64,000 bases of DNA. Origin: an uncultured Pseudoxanthomonas sp. Lineage in GTDB: Bacteria; Pseudomonadota; Gammaproteobacteria; Xanthomonadales; Xanthomonadaceae. Location: positions 395,093 to 459,092 of the forward strand of contig CAYRNF010000001.1 of assembly GCA_964425695.1 (NCBI GenBank), in the 5' to 3' direction. The notes below the pieces were generated by a model, which worked only from the letters and a program-made list of their open reading frames with translations, made no database searches and was not told where the DNA came from. The position numbers and the translations under genes were made by a program. Below, piece after piece: positions 40,574 to 50,095 of this stretch. The first letter of the stretch is position 1, and each line of letters starts with the position of its first letter.

Positions 40574-41203
40574 TTAAGGCATGAGCACCGTATCGATGAC
40601 GTGGATGACGCCATTGCTCTGGCGTACGTCGGCGGTGGTGACGGTGGCGGCGTTGCCCTTGGCGTCGGTGACGATCACGTTGCTGCCGGACATCGAGGCG
40701 GTCAGCGTTCCGCCTTGCACGGTGGTCAGCGTGGCCTTGCCGCCGCCGGCCTGGATCTGCGAGGCGAGCGCCGCGCTGTCCACGTTGCCGGGCACCACGT
40801 GATAGGTCAGCACCGTGGTCAGGTCGCCCTTCTTTTCCGGCTTCAGCAGGCCGTCCACGGTGCCCGCGGGCAGCTTGTCGAACGCGGCGTTGGTGGGAGC
40901 GAACACGGTGAACGGACCTGCGCCCTTGAGCGTGTCCACCAGCCCCGCGGCCTTCACCGCGGCCACCAGCGTGGTGTGGTCGCGCGAATTCACGGCGTTG
41001 TCGATGATGTCGCGGTTCGCGTACATGGGCGCGCCGCCGACCATCGGGTTGTCGCCGGACATGGCGGAACCGGACGACATCGAGGCATCGGCCTGGGCGG
41101 AGGCGCCGGCTTCGGCGGAGGCCATGTCCGATTTTTCCTGCATGGCGCAGGCGGACAGGGCACAGGTGGCGAGCAGTGCGGCGGCGAGTGCGGAATGTCG
41201 CAT
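40574..41203 (-). CDS. Fasciclin (FAS1) domain lipoprotein (tandem paralogue)
   Basis: Lipobox [10 protein letters not shown]. The FAS1 domain is nearly identical to the downstream copy. Confidence 0.8.
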   Translation of the reverse strand: MRHSALAAALLATCALSACAMQEKSDMASAEAGASAQADASMSSGSAMSGDNPMVGGAPMYANRDIIDNAVNSRDHTTLVAAVKAAGLVDTLKGAGPFTVFAPTNAAFDKLPAGTVDGLLKPEKKGDLTTVLTYHVVPGNVDSAALASQIQAGGGKATLTTVQGGTLTASMSGSNVIVTDAKGNAATVTTADVRQSNGVIHVIDTVLMP

Positions 41204-41387
41204 GGGATGTCTCCTGGGTTGGTGGATCGGGGGAAGGATGGGTGCCTCGGAGAAAACTGGATGCCTGCCGGCCACGCGTCGAAGAGTCCACCGGCGCCCC
41301 CGCAACCGGCAGGCACGTGCCAGCTACGCGCATGTCTTCAGCGCGGATGCATCACGCGTCTTTAACGAATCCGTAGAATCCGCGCGC

Positions 41388-42449
41388 ATGTCGTCCCTGC
41401 CTCCCCATTCGGCCGCGCTGCAGGCGCTGCAGCTGCCGTTTTCCAGCGGCGCGCTGCCGTGGCCCGCGCACGGCGCGGTCTTCCTGCTCGCGCAGCCGGG
41501 GTGGCCGTGGCCGGGATTCGTGGCGGAGCAGCCCTTCAAGCCGGCCGCGGACGCGTTGACGGGGGAAGGACAGGCTTTGCAGGTCTGCGGCGAAACGGCG
41601 CATGCGCCACGCGGCGATGCGCCGCTGGTGCTGGTGCTGCCCCCGCGCCAGCGCGATGCCCTTCGCACGCTGCTGGCGCGCGCGGTGGATGCATGCGCCG
41701 AGGGCGGCACGGTGCTGGCCAGCGTGGACAACGATGCCGGCGCGAAATCCGCGGAAGCGGACCTGCGCGCGCTCATGGGTGGGCTGGAGCGCAGCCTGTC
41801 GAAGCACCACTGCCGCGTGTTCTGGGCGCGCAAGGAGGCCACGCGTTGCGATGACGCCCTGCTCGCGCAGTGGCGCCAGCGCGACGCGCCGCGCCGCATC
41901 GTCGCGCCGGAACTGCCGCAGGGTGGCTTCGTGTCGCGTCCGGGCGTGTTCGCCTGGGATCGCATCGATCCGGCGTCGTCGCTGCTGGCGGCGCACCTGC
42001 CTGCGGACCTGCGCGGCCACGGCGCCGACCTGGGCGCCGGCTGGGGCTACCTGTCGCTGCAGGTGCTGGCGCGCGGCGCGCAGGTGCAGGCGCTGGACCT
42101 GTACGAAGCCGACGCGCGCGCGCTTGCCCTGGCCCGGCACAACCTGGCCGACACCGGTCACGCCGCTGCGATCGCGTTCCACTGGCACGATGTCACCGCC
42201 GGGCTACCCCGCGCCTACGACTTCATCGTGACCAACCCGCCGTTCCATGCGCACGACCGCGCCGATCGCCCGGAACTGGGGCAGCGGTTCATCGCCGTGG
42301 CGGCGCAGGCGCTGCGCAGGGGCGGGCGCCTGTACCTGGTGGCCAACCGCCACCTGCCCTACGAAGCCGCGCTGTCCGCCGGATTCGCGCACGTGCGCGT
42401 GCTCGCGCAGCGCGACGGCTTCAAGGTGGTGGAGGCGGTGCGCGCATGA
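41388..42449 (+). CDS. rsmC: 16S rRNA (guanine1207-N2)-methyltransferase
   Basis: C-terminal class I SAM-MTase with TNPPFH motif (DFIVTNPPFHAH). The N-terminal domain is duplicated and lacks the motif. Confidence 0.8.
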   Translation: MSSLPPHSAALQALQLPFSSGALPWPAHGAVFLLAQPGWPWPGFVAEQPFKPAADALTGEGQALQVCGETAHAPRGDAPLVLVLPPRQRDALRTLLARAVDACAEGGTVLASVDNDAGAKSAEADLRALMGGLERSLSKHHCRVFWARKEATRCDDALLAQWRQRDAPRRIVAPELPQGGFVSRPGVFAWDRIDPASSLLAAHLPADLRGHGADLGAGWGYLSLQVLARGAQVQALDLYEADARALALARHNLADTGHAAAIAFHWHDVTAGLPRAYDFIVTNPPFHAHDRADRPELGQRFIAVAAQALRRGGRLYLVANRHLPYEAALSAGFAHVRVLAQRDGFKVVEAVRA

Positions 42450-42468
42450 GCGCCGGGCCCTGCACGCG

Positions 42469-43185
42469 ATGAAGCTGCTGCGCGTGCTCGCCAACCTGGG
42501 CTACGGCAGCCGCAAGCAGGTCGCCGCGCTGCTGCGCGAAGGCCGCGTCACCGACGCGCGCGGCGAGGTGCTGTACGCCGACGATGCGATCGGCGCAGGC
42601 GACGGCGCATTCGCGCACGCGGACGTGCGCGTGGACGGCGAGCCGCTGGATCCTGCGCCGGGCATGGTGCTGATGCTGCACAAGCCGGTGGGCTACACCT
42701 GCTCCACGCGCGATGCCGGGCGCCTGGTCTACGACCTGCTGCCGCCGCGTTACCGGCTGCGCACGCCGGTGCTGTCCACGGTGGGGCGCCTGGACCGCGA
42801 CACCAGCGGCCTGCTGCTGTTCACCGACGACGGCCAGCGCCTGCACCGGATCATTTCGCCCAAGGCGGCGCTGCCCAAGGTGTACGAAGCCACGCTCGCC
42901 ACCGCGCTGCGCGGCGACGAAGCCGCGCTCTTCGCCAGCGGCACGCTGATGCTGGAGTCCGACACCACGCCGCTGCTGCCGGCGCAGCTGGACGTGGTGG
43001 ATCCCACGCACGCGCGGCTGACCCTGCACGAAGGGCGCTACCACCAGGTGCGGCGCATGTTCGCGGCGGTGGGCAACCACGTGGTGGCGCTGCATCGCAG
43101 CCGGGTGGGTCAGCTGGACCTGGGCGACCTGGAGGTGGGCCAGTGGCGCCTCCTCGATGCCGCGGATCTCGACAGGCTCCCCTAG
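42469..43185 (+). CDS. rsuA: 16S rRNA pseudouridine(516) synthase
   Basis: S4 domain MKLLRVLANLGYGSRKQVAALLREGRV, and a RluA/RsuA catalytic motif GRLDRDTSGLLLFTDDG. Confidence 0.85.
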   Translation: MKLLRVLANLGYGSRKQVAALLREGRVTDARGEVLYADDAIGAGDGAFAHADVRVDGEPLDPAPGMVLMLHKPVGYTCSTRDAGRLVYDLLPPRYRLRTPVLSTVGRLDRDTSGLLLFTDDGQRLHRIISPKAALPKVYEATLATALRGDEAALFASGTLMLESDTTPLLPAQLDVVDPTHARLTLHEGRYHQVRRMFAAVGNHVVALHRSRVGQLDLGDLEVGQWRLLDAADLDRLP

Positions 43186-43261
43186 CGCCGCCGGCCGGCG
43201 TGTCCGCAGATCGCAATGCGCGTCGCGGGCGCCGGTGCACAACCGGGCTGCGCGTCGAACG

Positions 43262-43801
43262 CTACGCGCCGCCGCCCTGCAGCAGGCGCCGCCAGCCTGC
43301 GTGTCCCAGCTTGCGCAAGGTGTCGCGATTGCGCTCGATGATCGAATCAGGGTCCGGGTAGGCGTCCACCGCGCGCGCGACGCTGTCTTCGCGCAGCAGG
43401 TGCAAGGTCGGATAGGGCGACCGGTTCGACCAGTTCTCCATGTCGTCCGGGTCCGCATCGGCGAAGCGGTAACCGGGGTGGAAGCTCGCCACCTGCAGCA
43501 CGCCTTCCAGGCCCAGGGCCGCGATCAGCGCGTCGGCGTCGTCCAGGAAGTCGTTGTAGTCCAGGAAGTCCTGCAGCACGTGCGGATGGACCAGCAGCGT
43601 GGTGTCCACGGACGCGGCCGGCGTGTCGCGCAGCAGCACCAGTTCCTCGCCCAGCTGTTCCAGCAGGTCGCGCGGATGTTCGGCGTCGCTCAGCACGTAG
43701 CGGACCTGGCCCTTGGCGTGCACCGCCTTGGCGAACGGGCACAGGTTCAGCCCGATCACGGCGCGTTCCAGCCAGGCTTGCGTGTCGGCGATGGGGTCCA
43801 T
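43262..43801 (-). CDS. DUF1415 domain protein
   Basis: MDPIADTQAWLERAVIGLNLCPFAKAV... conserved hypothetical. Confidence 0.65.
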   Translation of the reverse strand: MDPIADTQAWLERAVIGLNLCPFAKAVHAKGQVRYVLSDAEHPRDLLEQLGEELVLLRDTPAASVDTTLLVHPHVLQDFLDYNDFLDDADALIAALGLEGVLQVASFHPGYRFADADPDDMENWSNRSPYPTLHLLREDSVARAVDAYPDPDSIIERNRDTLRKLGHAGWRRLLQGGGA

Positions 43802-43820
43802 CGAGGGGTCTCCCAGGCCC

Positions 43821-43900
43821 GTGGTAGCGGCTTCGGCCGCGAGCTTTTCGGCAGTCAAGAACAAAGATCAGAAGCTCGCGGCTGAAGCCGCTCCTACAAC
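43821..43900. repeat. REP element pair (gtaggagcggcttcagccgcga family)
   Basis: 'gtggtagcggcttcggccgcgagc' and 'gaagctcgcggctgaagccgctcctacaac'. Confidence 0.5.
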
Positions 43901-43909
43901 AAAGCAGGG

Positions 43910-44392
43910 TCAGTCCCGGAAGTTGTCGAACTGCAGCGGCCGCTCCAGTTCCTGCCCGCGCAGCAGCTGCATCACCGCCTGCAGGTCGTCGCGCTTCTTG
44001 CCGGTGACGCGCAGCTTGTCGCCGTTGATCTGCGATTCGACCTTGAGCTTGGCGTCCTTGATCAGCCCCTGGATCTTCTTGGCCAGGTCGCGCTCGATGC
44101 CCTGCTTGATGGCGATGCTCTGGCGCGCGCCGGACACGTTGGTGAGCACGTCGCCGGCCTCCATGCAGCGCGGGTCGATCTTCCGCGCGGTCAGGCGCTG
44201 GCGCAGGATGTCCGACAGCTGCTGCAGCTGGAATTCGCTGGGCGCCGACAGCGAGACCTTGTCGTCCTCCAGCTCGAACCGGGCCTCCACGCCCTTGAAG
44301 TCGAAGCGGTTGTCCAGCTCCTTGTTGGCCTGGTCCACGGCGTTGGTGAGTTCGTGCTTGTCGACTTCCGAAACGATGTCGAAGGAGGGCAT
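43910..44392 (-). CDS. yajQ: YajQ family cyclic-di-GMP-binding protein
   Basis: MPSFDIVSEVDKHELTNAVDQANKEL is the YajQ signature N-terminus; length 161 aa. Confidence 0.85.
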   Translation of the reverse strand: MPSFDIVSEVDKHELTNAVDQANKELDNRFDFKGVEARFELEDDKVSLSAPSEFQLQQLSDILRQRLTARKIDPRCMEAGDVLTNVSGARQSIAIKQGIERDLAKKIQGLIKDAKLKVESQINGDKLRVTGKKRDDLQAVMQLLRGQELERPLQFDNFRD

Positions 44393-44521
44393 GGCCGGGG
44401 CTGCGCGGGATGGGGGGCGCACATCCTAACGCCCCCGCGCCCGGCCCCGGCGGGGCGGCGCATCTGGCCTGCGCGCCCGCGCTAGCATGGCCGCTCCCCC
44501 TCGCAAGCGCAGGACTCCCCC

Positions 44522-45583
44522 ATGACCACCGCGACGCCCGCCTATGCCGCCCCCGACGCCCGCAGCCCGCTGGCGCCGTTCTCCATCGAACGCCGCGCGC
44601 CGCGCGCCGACGACGTGGCCATCGACATCCTCTATTGCGGCGTGTGCCACAGCGACATCCACCAGGCCCGCGACGAGTGGGGCGGCAGCATCTTCCCCAT
44701 GGTGCCCGGCCACGAGATCGTGGGCCGCGTGTCCGCGGTGGGCGAGGCGGTTACCGGTTTCAAGGTGGGCGACGCGGTGGGCGTGGGCTGCTTCGTGGAT
44801 TCGTGCCGCCAGTGCGCGCAGTGCCAGGCCGGCGAGGAGCAGTTCTGCGCGCAGGGCATGACCGGCACGTACAACAGCCGCGAACGCGACAGCGGCGCGC
44901 CCACGTTCGGCGGCTATTCCACCCGTATCGTGGTGCAGCAGGACTACGTGCTGCGCATTCCCGAAGGACTGCCGCTGGACCGCGCCGCGCCGCTGCTGTG
45001 CGCCGGCATCACCACCTATTCACCGCTGCGCCACTGGGGCGTGAAGCCCGGCGACAAGGTGGCGGTGGTGGGCCTGGGCGGGCTGGGGCACATGGCGGTC
45101 AAGATCGCCAACGCGATGGGCGCCGAGGTCACGGTGCTGAGCACGTCGGAGTCCAAGCGCGCCGATGCGCAGGCGCTTGGGGCGAAGGCCTTCGCGGCCA
45201 CCCGCGACCCGGACACCTTCAAGCGGCTGGCCGGCAGCTTCGACCTGATCATCGACAGCGTGTCCGCGCCGCACGATTACAACGCCTATCTCAACCTGCT
45301 CAAGGTCGACGGCAGCATGGTGCTGCTGGGCGTGCCGGAAGAACCCGCGCCGGTGCACCCGTTCTCGCTGATCATGGGCCGGCGCAAGCTGGGCGGCTCG
45401 CTGATCGGCGGCATCCGCGAAACGCAGGAGATGCTGGAGTTCTGCGCGCAGCACGGCATCGCGGCGGATATCGAGCTGATCGACGCGGCGCAGGTCAACG
45501 ACGCCTACGAGCGCATGATCAAGGGCGACGTGAAGTACCGCTTCGTGATCGACTGCGGAACCATCGCCGCGCCCGGTGCCTGA
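44522..45583 (+). CDS. NADP-dependent Zn alcohol dehydrogenase (YahK/cinnamyl-ADH-like)
   Basis: Zn ligands GVCHSD and GHEIVG, the structural Zn Cys cluster CRQCAQC, and a Rossmann fold GLGGLGHMAVK. Confidence 0.85.
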   Translation: MTTATPAYAAPDARSPLAPFSIERRAPRADDVAIDILYCGVCHSDIHQARDEWGGSIFPMVPGHEIVGRVSAVGEAVTGFKVGDAVGVGCFVDSCRQCAQCQAGEEQFCAQGMTGTYNSRERDSGAPTFGGYSTRIVVQQDYVLRIPEGLPLDRAAPLLCAGITTYSPLRHWGVKPGDKVAVVGLGGLGHMAVKIANAMGAEVTVLSTSESKRADAQALGAKAFAATRDPDTFKRLAGSFDLIIDSVSAPHDYNAYLNLLKVDGSMVLLGVPEEPAPVHPFSLIMGRRKLGGSLIGGIRETQEMLEFCAQHGIAADIELIDAAQVNDAYERMIKGDVKYRFVIDCGTIAAPGA

Positions 45584-46520
45584 CCGGGCGCCGCGCAGCG
45601 CCGTGGCCCATGGCACGGTGCCCGACCAGACGCCGCACGCCCTGCTGCTGATGGCGGTGGCGGTGGCGCTGTTCGCGCTGATGGACGCCGGCCTGAAGCT
45701 GCTGGCGCCGTACTACCCGGTGCTGCAGGTGGCGGCGGTGCGCGGGCTGTCGTCGCTGCCGTTCCTGCTGGTCTGGATCCTGGCGACCACCGGCCCGGGC
45801 ACGCTGCTGCGCGCGCGCTGGCCGCTGCACCTGCTGCGCGCGGCACTGGGCATCGCGATGATGGCCGGCTTCGTGTACGGCCTGCGCACGCTGCCGCTGT
45901 CCACGGCGTACGCGATCACCTTCGTCGCGCCGCTGCTGGTGACCGCGCTGGCGGTACCGCTGCTGGGCGAACGGGTGGGGCCGCGGCGCTGGACGGCGAT
46001 CGGCATCGGCCTGCTGGGCGTGCTGGTGGTGCTGCGGCCCAGCAGCGAGGGCATGCTCACGCTGGGCGGCCTGGCGGTGCTGGGCGCGGCGGTCTGCTAC
46101 GCGGTGTCGGCGATCACGGTGCGGATGCTGGCGCGCACCGACAGCACCCAGGCGATGGTGTTCTGGCTGATGCTGCTGATGGGTGTCGGCGCGCTGGGGT
46201 TGGCGTGGCGCGGCTGGGTGCCGCTGCGCGCGGAGCACGCATGGGTCATCGGCGGCGTGGGACTGGCCGGTTCGCTGGCGCAGGTGGCGCTGACCGAGGC
46301 GTTCCGCCGCGGCGAGGCGTCGCTGGTGGCCCCGCTGGAGTACAGCGCGCTGCTGTGGGGCACGCTGCTGGATGTGGCGCTGTGGGGCGTGCTGCCCGAC
46401 GCCGTGACCTGGGCCGGGGCGGGGATCATCGTCGCCAGCGGCCTGTACCTGCTGCGCCGCGAACGGGTGCGGGGAGCGGCCACCACGGCTTGCGCCGGCG
46501 GCGATACGCCGCCGCCGTGA
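45576..46520 (+). CDS. DMT superfamily (EamA-like) transporter
   Basis: Ten TM segments in two EamA repeats. The GTG start overlaps the upstream stop; an alternative ATG lies at 45651. Confidence 0.7.
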   Translation: MPDRAPRSAVAHGTVPDQTPHALLLMAVAVALFALMDAGLKLLAPYYPVLQVAAVRGLSSLPFLLVWILATTGPGTLLRARWPLHLLRAALGIAMMAGFVYGLRTLPLSTAYAITFVAPLLVTALAVPLLGERVGPRRWTAIGIGLLGVLVVLRPSSEGMLTLGGLAVLGAAVCYAVSAITVRMLARTDSTQAMVFWLMLLMGVGALGLAWRGWVPLRAEHAWVIGGVGLAGSLAQVALTEAFRRGEASLVAPLEYSALLWGTLLDVALWGVLPDAVTWAGAGIIVASGLYLLRRERVRGAATTACAGGDTPPP

Positions 46521-46551
46521 CCGGCCGCGCGCCCGCCGTGCCGCTGCTGCC

Positions 46552-47088
46552 ATGCCGCTGCTGATCGTCCCGCTGCTGGTGCTGGGCGTGTTCGCGCTGT
46601 GGGCGTTGCTGTTGCCGCTGTCCATCGTGCAGCGCTACCGCCACGGCCGCCTGCGGCGCCGCGCGCAGGCGCTGCCGGTGCGGGTCAACGCGTGGCTGCT
46701 GCTGGCCTCGGCGCCGCTGTTCGTGGGCGGGGCCTGGCTGGGCGGGCACTGGATCGAGGGCGCCGCGCGGCACGCGCTGGCCGGACTGGGCGCGGGCGTG
46801 GGGGTCGGATGGGCCGGACTGTGGCTGACCCGCTTCGAGCCCACGCCGCAGGGGCTGTACTACACGCCGCCGGCGGGGCTGGTCCTGGTGCTGAGCCTGG
46901 CCGTGGCGGTGCGCATCGCGCTGGGGCTGTGGCAGCTGCTGGGGCGGTGGGACGCGGTGGGCAGCGCACCGCCAGGGGCCCTGGGCGACCACGCCAGGCT
47001 GTTCGCGGTCGGCGGCCTGCTGCTGGGTTACGCGCTGGCCTACGCCTGGGGACTGAAACGCCGGCTCGGGAGACCCGGCCGGCGTTGA
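46552..47088 (+). CDS. Hypothetical membrane protein
   Basis: N-terminal TM MPLLIVPLLVLGVFALWALLLPL and further hydrophobic segments. Confidence 0.45.
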   Translation: MPLLIVPLLVLGVFALWALLLPLSIVQRYRHGRLRRRAQALPVRVNAWLLLASAPLFVGGAWLGGHWIEGAARHALAGLGAGVGVGWAGLWLTRFEPTPQGLYYTPPAGLVLVLSLAVAVRIALGLWQLLGRWDAVGSAPPGALGDHARLFAVGGLLLGYALAYAWGLKRRLGRPGRR

Positions 47089-47131
47089 GAACACGGTCCG
47101 CTGGGCCTGGCCGCAGCGGTGGAGCGGGCGC

Positions 47132-47323
47132 TTACTCGGCGCTGGGCGTCCAGGAACCGCCGGCAGCGTTGCCGCCACCCAGGACGTCGTTCCAGCTCAG
47201 CTCCTGGCCCTTGCGGTGGCCCTTCTCGGTGAGCTTCAGGCCCTGCGGATCGATCACGAGGGTGTAGGCCTTGTCGCCGATCTCGATCTCGCGACGCAGG
47301 GGCTTGTCCAGCTTGGTGGCCAT
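47132..47323 (-). CDS. Small hypothetical protein (63 aa), paralogue of 9008..9202
   Basis: Strong SD (AAGGAG) 8 nt upstream. MATKLDKPLRREIEIGDKAYTLVIDPQGLKLTEKGHRKGQELSW. Confidence 0.55.
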   Translation of the reverse strand: MATKLDKPLRREIEIGDKAYTLVIDPQGLKLTEKGHRKGQELSWNDVLGGGNAAGGSWTPSAE

Positions 47324-47620
47324 TCGGGGAACTCCTTCTAGCGGGGGAAAACGAACGCGACACTCTTGCCAGAACGCGTTCAGACCGCGTGAAGAGCCAC
47401 CCGCACCCCGGCCCGGTTAACCGCACCCAGCCTGCCCTAACACGTTGAACCGTGGTGGTCGGCGGGTCCGCGGGCTGTGAAATTTCCGTTATCACGCCGC
47501 GTCCGCGCGTGGCACCGCAAGGGTCCCCGAACCGCGCCATGCGCGCACCCCTTAGGCCGGGCAGGGGCGGTCGCCGCGTTGGCCGATGCACCGGGGCGGG
47601 GTCCATCGACGGAGATTCAT

Positions 47621-48454
47621 ATGAAGCACACCACGGGCTTGGCGGCCCTGGCACTGGCGGCGCTGGCGGCGCAGGCCGCCGTGACCGCCCCTTCCACGAC
47701 GCACACGGCCCAAGCGCGGGCCGCCAGTAGCGAAGCGCGGGCGCAAGGCGGCATCCGCCCCGCCCCATCCCTTGCCCGTGCAGCGGCCAGCCCCGGCGCG
47801 ACCGCGGCGGCCCCGACCGTGGACGACGTGGGCGACATCGATTCGTTCGGCCGCACCGTGCGCTGGCTCGGCGTGCAGCAGGCCAATATCGAACTGCTGG
47901 ACGCCTGTCCGCCCGATCCGCCGGACGGCTTCGCCTGCCAGCCGCTGGCGCCGGCGGGTACCACCGTGTTCGCGTTCGAGGACGTGGCCCGGTTCGTGCT
48001 GCCGGCCAAGGCCAGCCGGTCGCTGCTGTGCCACTGGTTCTCGCCGCTGTTGACGCTGGACTGGGACAACCCGGCCGCGGCGCCGGTCCTGGGCACGCTG
48101 GCGTATTCGCCCACGCTGACGGTGGAGAACCCGGTGCTGGACGACCCGGCCCTGATCGACCCCCAGACCGGGCTGCCCTTCGGCGGCCGCCTGCTGACGG
48201 GCATGAGCGCGTCGGAGCGGCTGGTGGCGTCGCTGGCGCCGGGCATGGCGTACGTGGAGCGCCGGCGCGACAGCGCCACGTGCATCGCCGGGTTCGTCAG
48301 CCGCCGCGCGCTGGTGGACAACTACGGGCTGAGCCCGGCGCTGGCGGACGAGTTTTTCCGCCAGCCCACCACCGTGCGCCTCAACGTGCGCGGCACGGCC
48401 ACCCACCTGGCCGCGGCGCGGCTGGTGCTGGGCCTGCGCATCGTGGGGGACTGA
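47621..48454 (+). CDS. Hypothetical secreted protein
   Basis: Signal peptide MKHTTGLAALALAALAAQAAVTA. No identifiable domain. Confidence 0.5.
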   Translation: MKHTTGLAALALAALAAQAAVTAPSTTHTAQARAASSEARAQGGIRPAPSLARAAASPGATAAAPTVDDVGDIDSFGRTVRWLGVQQANIELLDACPPDPPDGFACQPLAPAGTTVFAFEDVARFVLPAKASRSLLCHWFSPLLTLDWDNPAAAPVLGTLAYSPTLTVENPVLDDPALIDPQTGLPFGGRLLTGMSASERLVASLAPGMAYVERRRDSATCIAGFVSRRALVDNYGLSPALADEFFRQPTTVRLNVRGTATHLAAARLVLGLRIVGD

Positions 48455-48542
48455 AGCGCCCACAACGCGAAACGGGCCCGAAGGCCCGTTCCGCTGCCCG
48501 CGTGGCGGGCGCTTGCTGCGAGGATGCGCGGGACGCGGCGGA

Positions 48543-49220
48543 TCAGAACTTCACGCCCACGCCCACGCCCACGGTGACCGGCGAGAACTTGGCATCGGCC
48601 ACGTCCTGGCCGTTGACCTGCACCTGCGGGTCGTTGGTCTCGTGCAGGTAGCGGGCATCGGCGCGCGCGAACCAGCGCTCGTTGATGTTCGCGTCCACGC
48701 CGATCGTGGCCATGGCGCCCTTGCCGGTTTCCACCGCCACGCGCTGGCCGGCGAGCGGGCCGGTGGCCTCGGTCTTCTCGCCGTCGAAGTTCTGCTCGTA
48801 GTAGCCCAGGCCCACGAACGGGCGGATGGTCTGGTCGGCGCTGCCGAACTGGTACTGCCCGCTGACGGCGTAGGGCTGGGAATCGACCTCGCCGATCTTG
48901 CCCTGGCCGTTGTTGCCGGTGACGCGGTGCGTGTACTTGTCCACCGCACCCCAGGCTTCGACGCCGATGTTGTCGTTGATGTGGTAGGTCACGCCCAGGG
49001 TCGGCGCGACCGAACCGTCGGCCTTGACGCGCTGCGTATCGCCCACCCACGCGTTCTTGGTGGGTTCGAGCTGGGTGGCGGAGCCGACGATCGACACGCG
49101 CTTGCCGGACGAGGTGGACGTTGCGCTGTCCGCGTCCTGGGCGAAGGCCAGCGGGGCGGCGGCGGCGAGGGCCAGGGCAAGACCTGCAGTTTTCAAGGAC
49201 GGCATGTGGGTAGACAGCAT
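48543..49220 (-). CDS. ompW: Outer membrane protein OmpW family
   Basis: Signal peptide, then an 8-strand beta-barrel pattern ending with a C-terminal aromatic (VGVGVKF). Confidence 0.85.
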   Translation of the reverse strand: MLSTHMPSLKTAGLALALAAAAPLAFAQDADSATSTSSGKRVSIVGSATQLEPTKNAWVGDTQRVKADGSVAPTLGVTYHINDNIGVEAWGAVDKYTHRVTGNNGQGKIGEVDSQPYAVSGQYQFGSADQTIRPFVGLGYYEQNFDGEKTEATGPLAGQRVAVETGKGAMATIGVDANINERWFARADARYLHETNDPQVQVNGQDVADAKFSPVTVGVGVGVKF

Positions 49221-49533
49221 GAGGAGGATCTCCTTCGTTATTGGTCTGTACGTCGTTCGCGAGGCTTGCGAACCCGCCGCGCGCGACGTTGGGGGAGGAA
49301 GGACGCGCGGCAGCGGGCGCATGGTGGTCGGCGCGTGCTGAACCGCAACGGGCGCGCGACGTGAACCGTGTCGCAACCTGCGGCGGATCGCGCGATGCGC
49401 GCTGCAACGTCGCGGCGGATGTGCTAGCGGCGGTTGCCTGCCCGCGTGGCGACGCCGCGCTTGTGGCGGCGCGTGGCGTCGGCCAGCATCGCGCGCCTGG
49501 GGGCCGCGCCGCGGCTCGACGAGGACGCAGCGC

Positions 49534-49989
49534 ATGACCCTTTCCGCCCTGCTGCTGGCGATCTGCGTGGGTGCGCTGCTGCCCCTGCAGGCCCTGGTCA
49601 ACGCGCGCCTGGGCCAGCTCACGCTGGGGGCGGTGTTCGCATCGCTGGCGTCGTTCGTGGTGGGCACCGCCGCGCTGGCGGCGGTGTGGCTGGCGTGGCG
49701 CCCGCCCGCGCCTGCCGGGGCCGGCGGGATCGCCGCGGCGCCGTGGTGGGCATGGACCGGCGGGCTGATCGGCGCGGCCTTCGTGGTGTCGGCCACGGTG
49801 CTGGTGCCGCGCCTCGGCGCTGCCGCGCTGATCTGCCTGGTGGTGTTCGGCCAGCTGGTCGGATCGCTGCTGCTCGACCACTTCGGCGTCCTGCATCCCG
49901 CGCAGCCGGTGGACGCCACGAAGCTGGCCGGGGTGGCGTTGGTGGGGGTGGGCATGCTGCTGGTGGTACGTCCCTGGCAGCCGGCCTGA
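49534..49989 (+). CDS. DMT family small membrane protein (DUF606-like)
   Basis: Five TM segments in 151 aa. Confidence 0.6.
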   Translation: MTLSALLLAICVGALLPLQALVNARLGQLTLGAVFASLASFVVGTAALAAVWLAWRPPAPAGAGGIAAAPWWAWTGGLIGAAFVVSATVLVPRLGAAALICLVVFGQLVGSLLLDHFGVLHPAQPVDATKLAGVALVGVGMLLVVRPWQPA

Positions 49990-50095
49990 GCGCGCGGGCC
50001 AAAGACCCGGGTAAAACCCCGAAGCGTCCCGGCGCGTTTGTCCGGCCGGCGTCGATGTGTCCACAATACGGGTCCCGCCCTGTCCGGAGCCCCCA

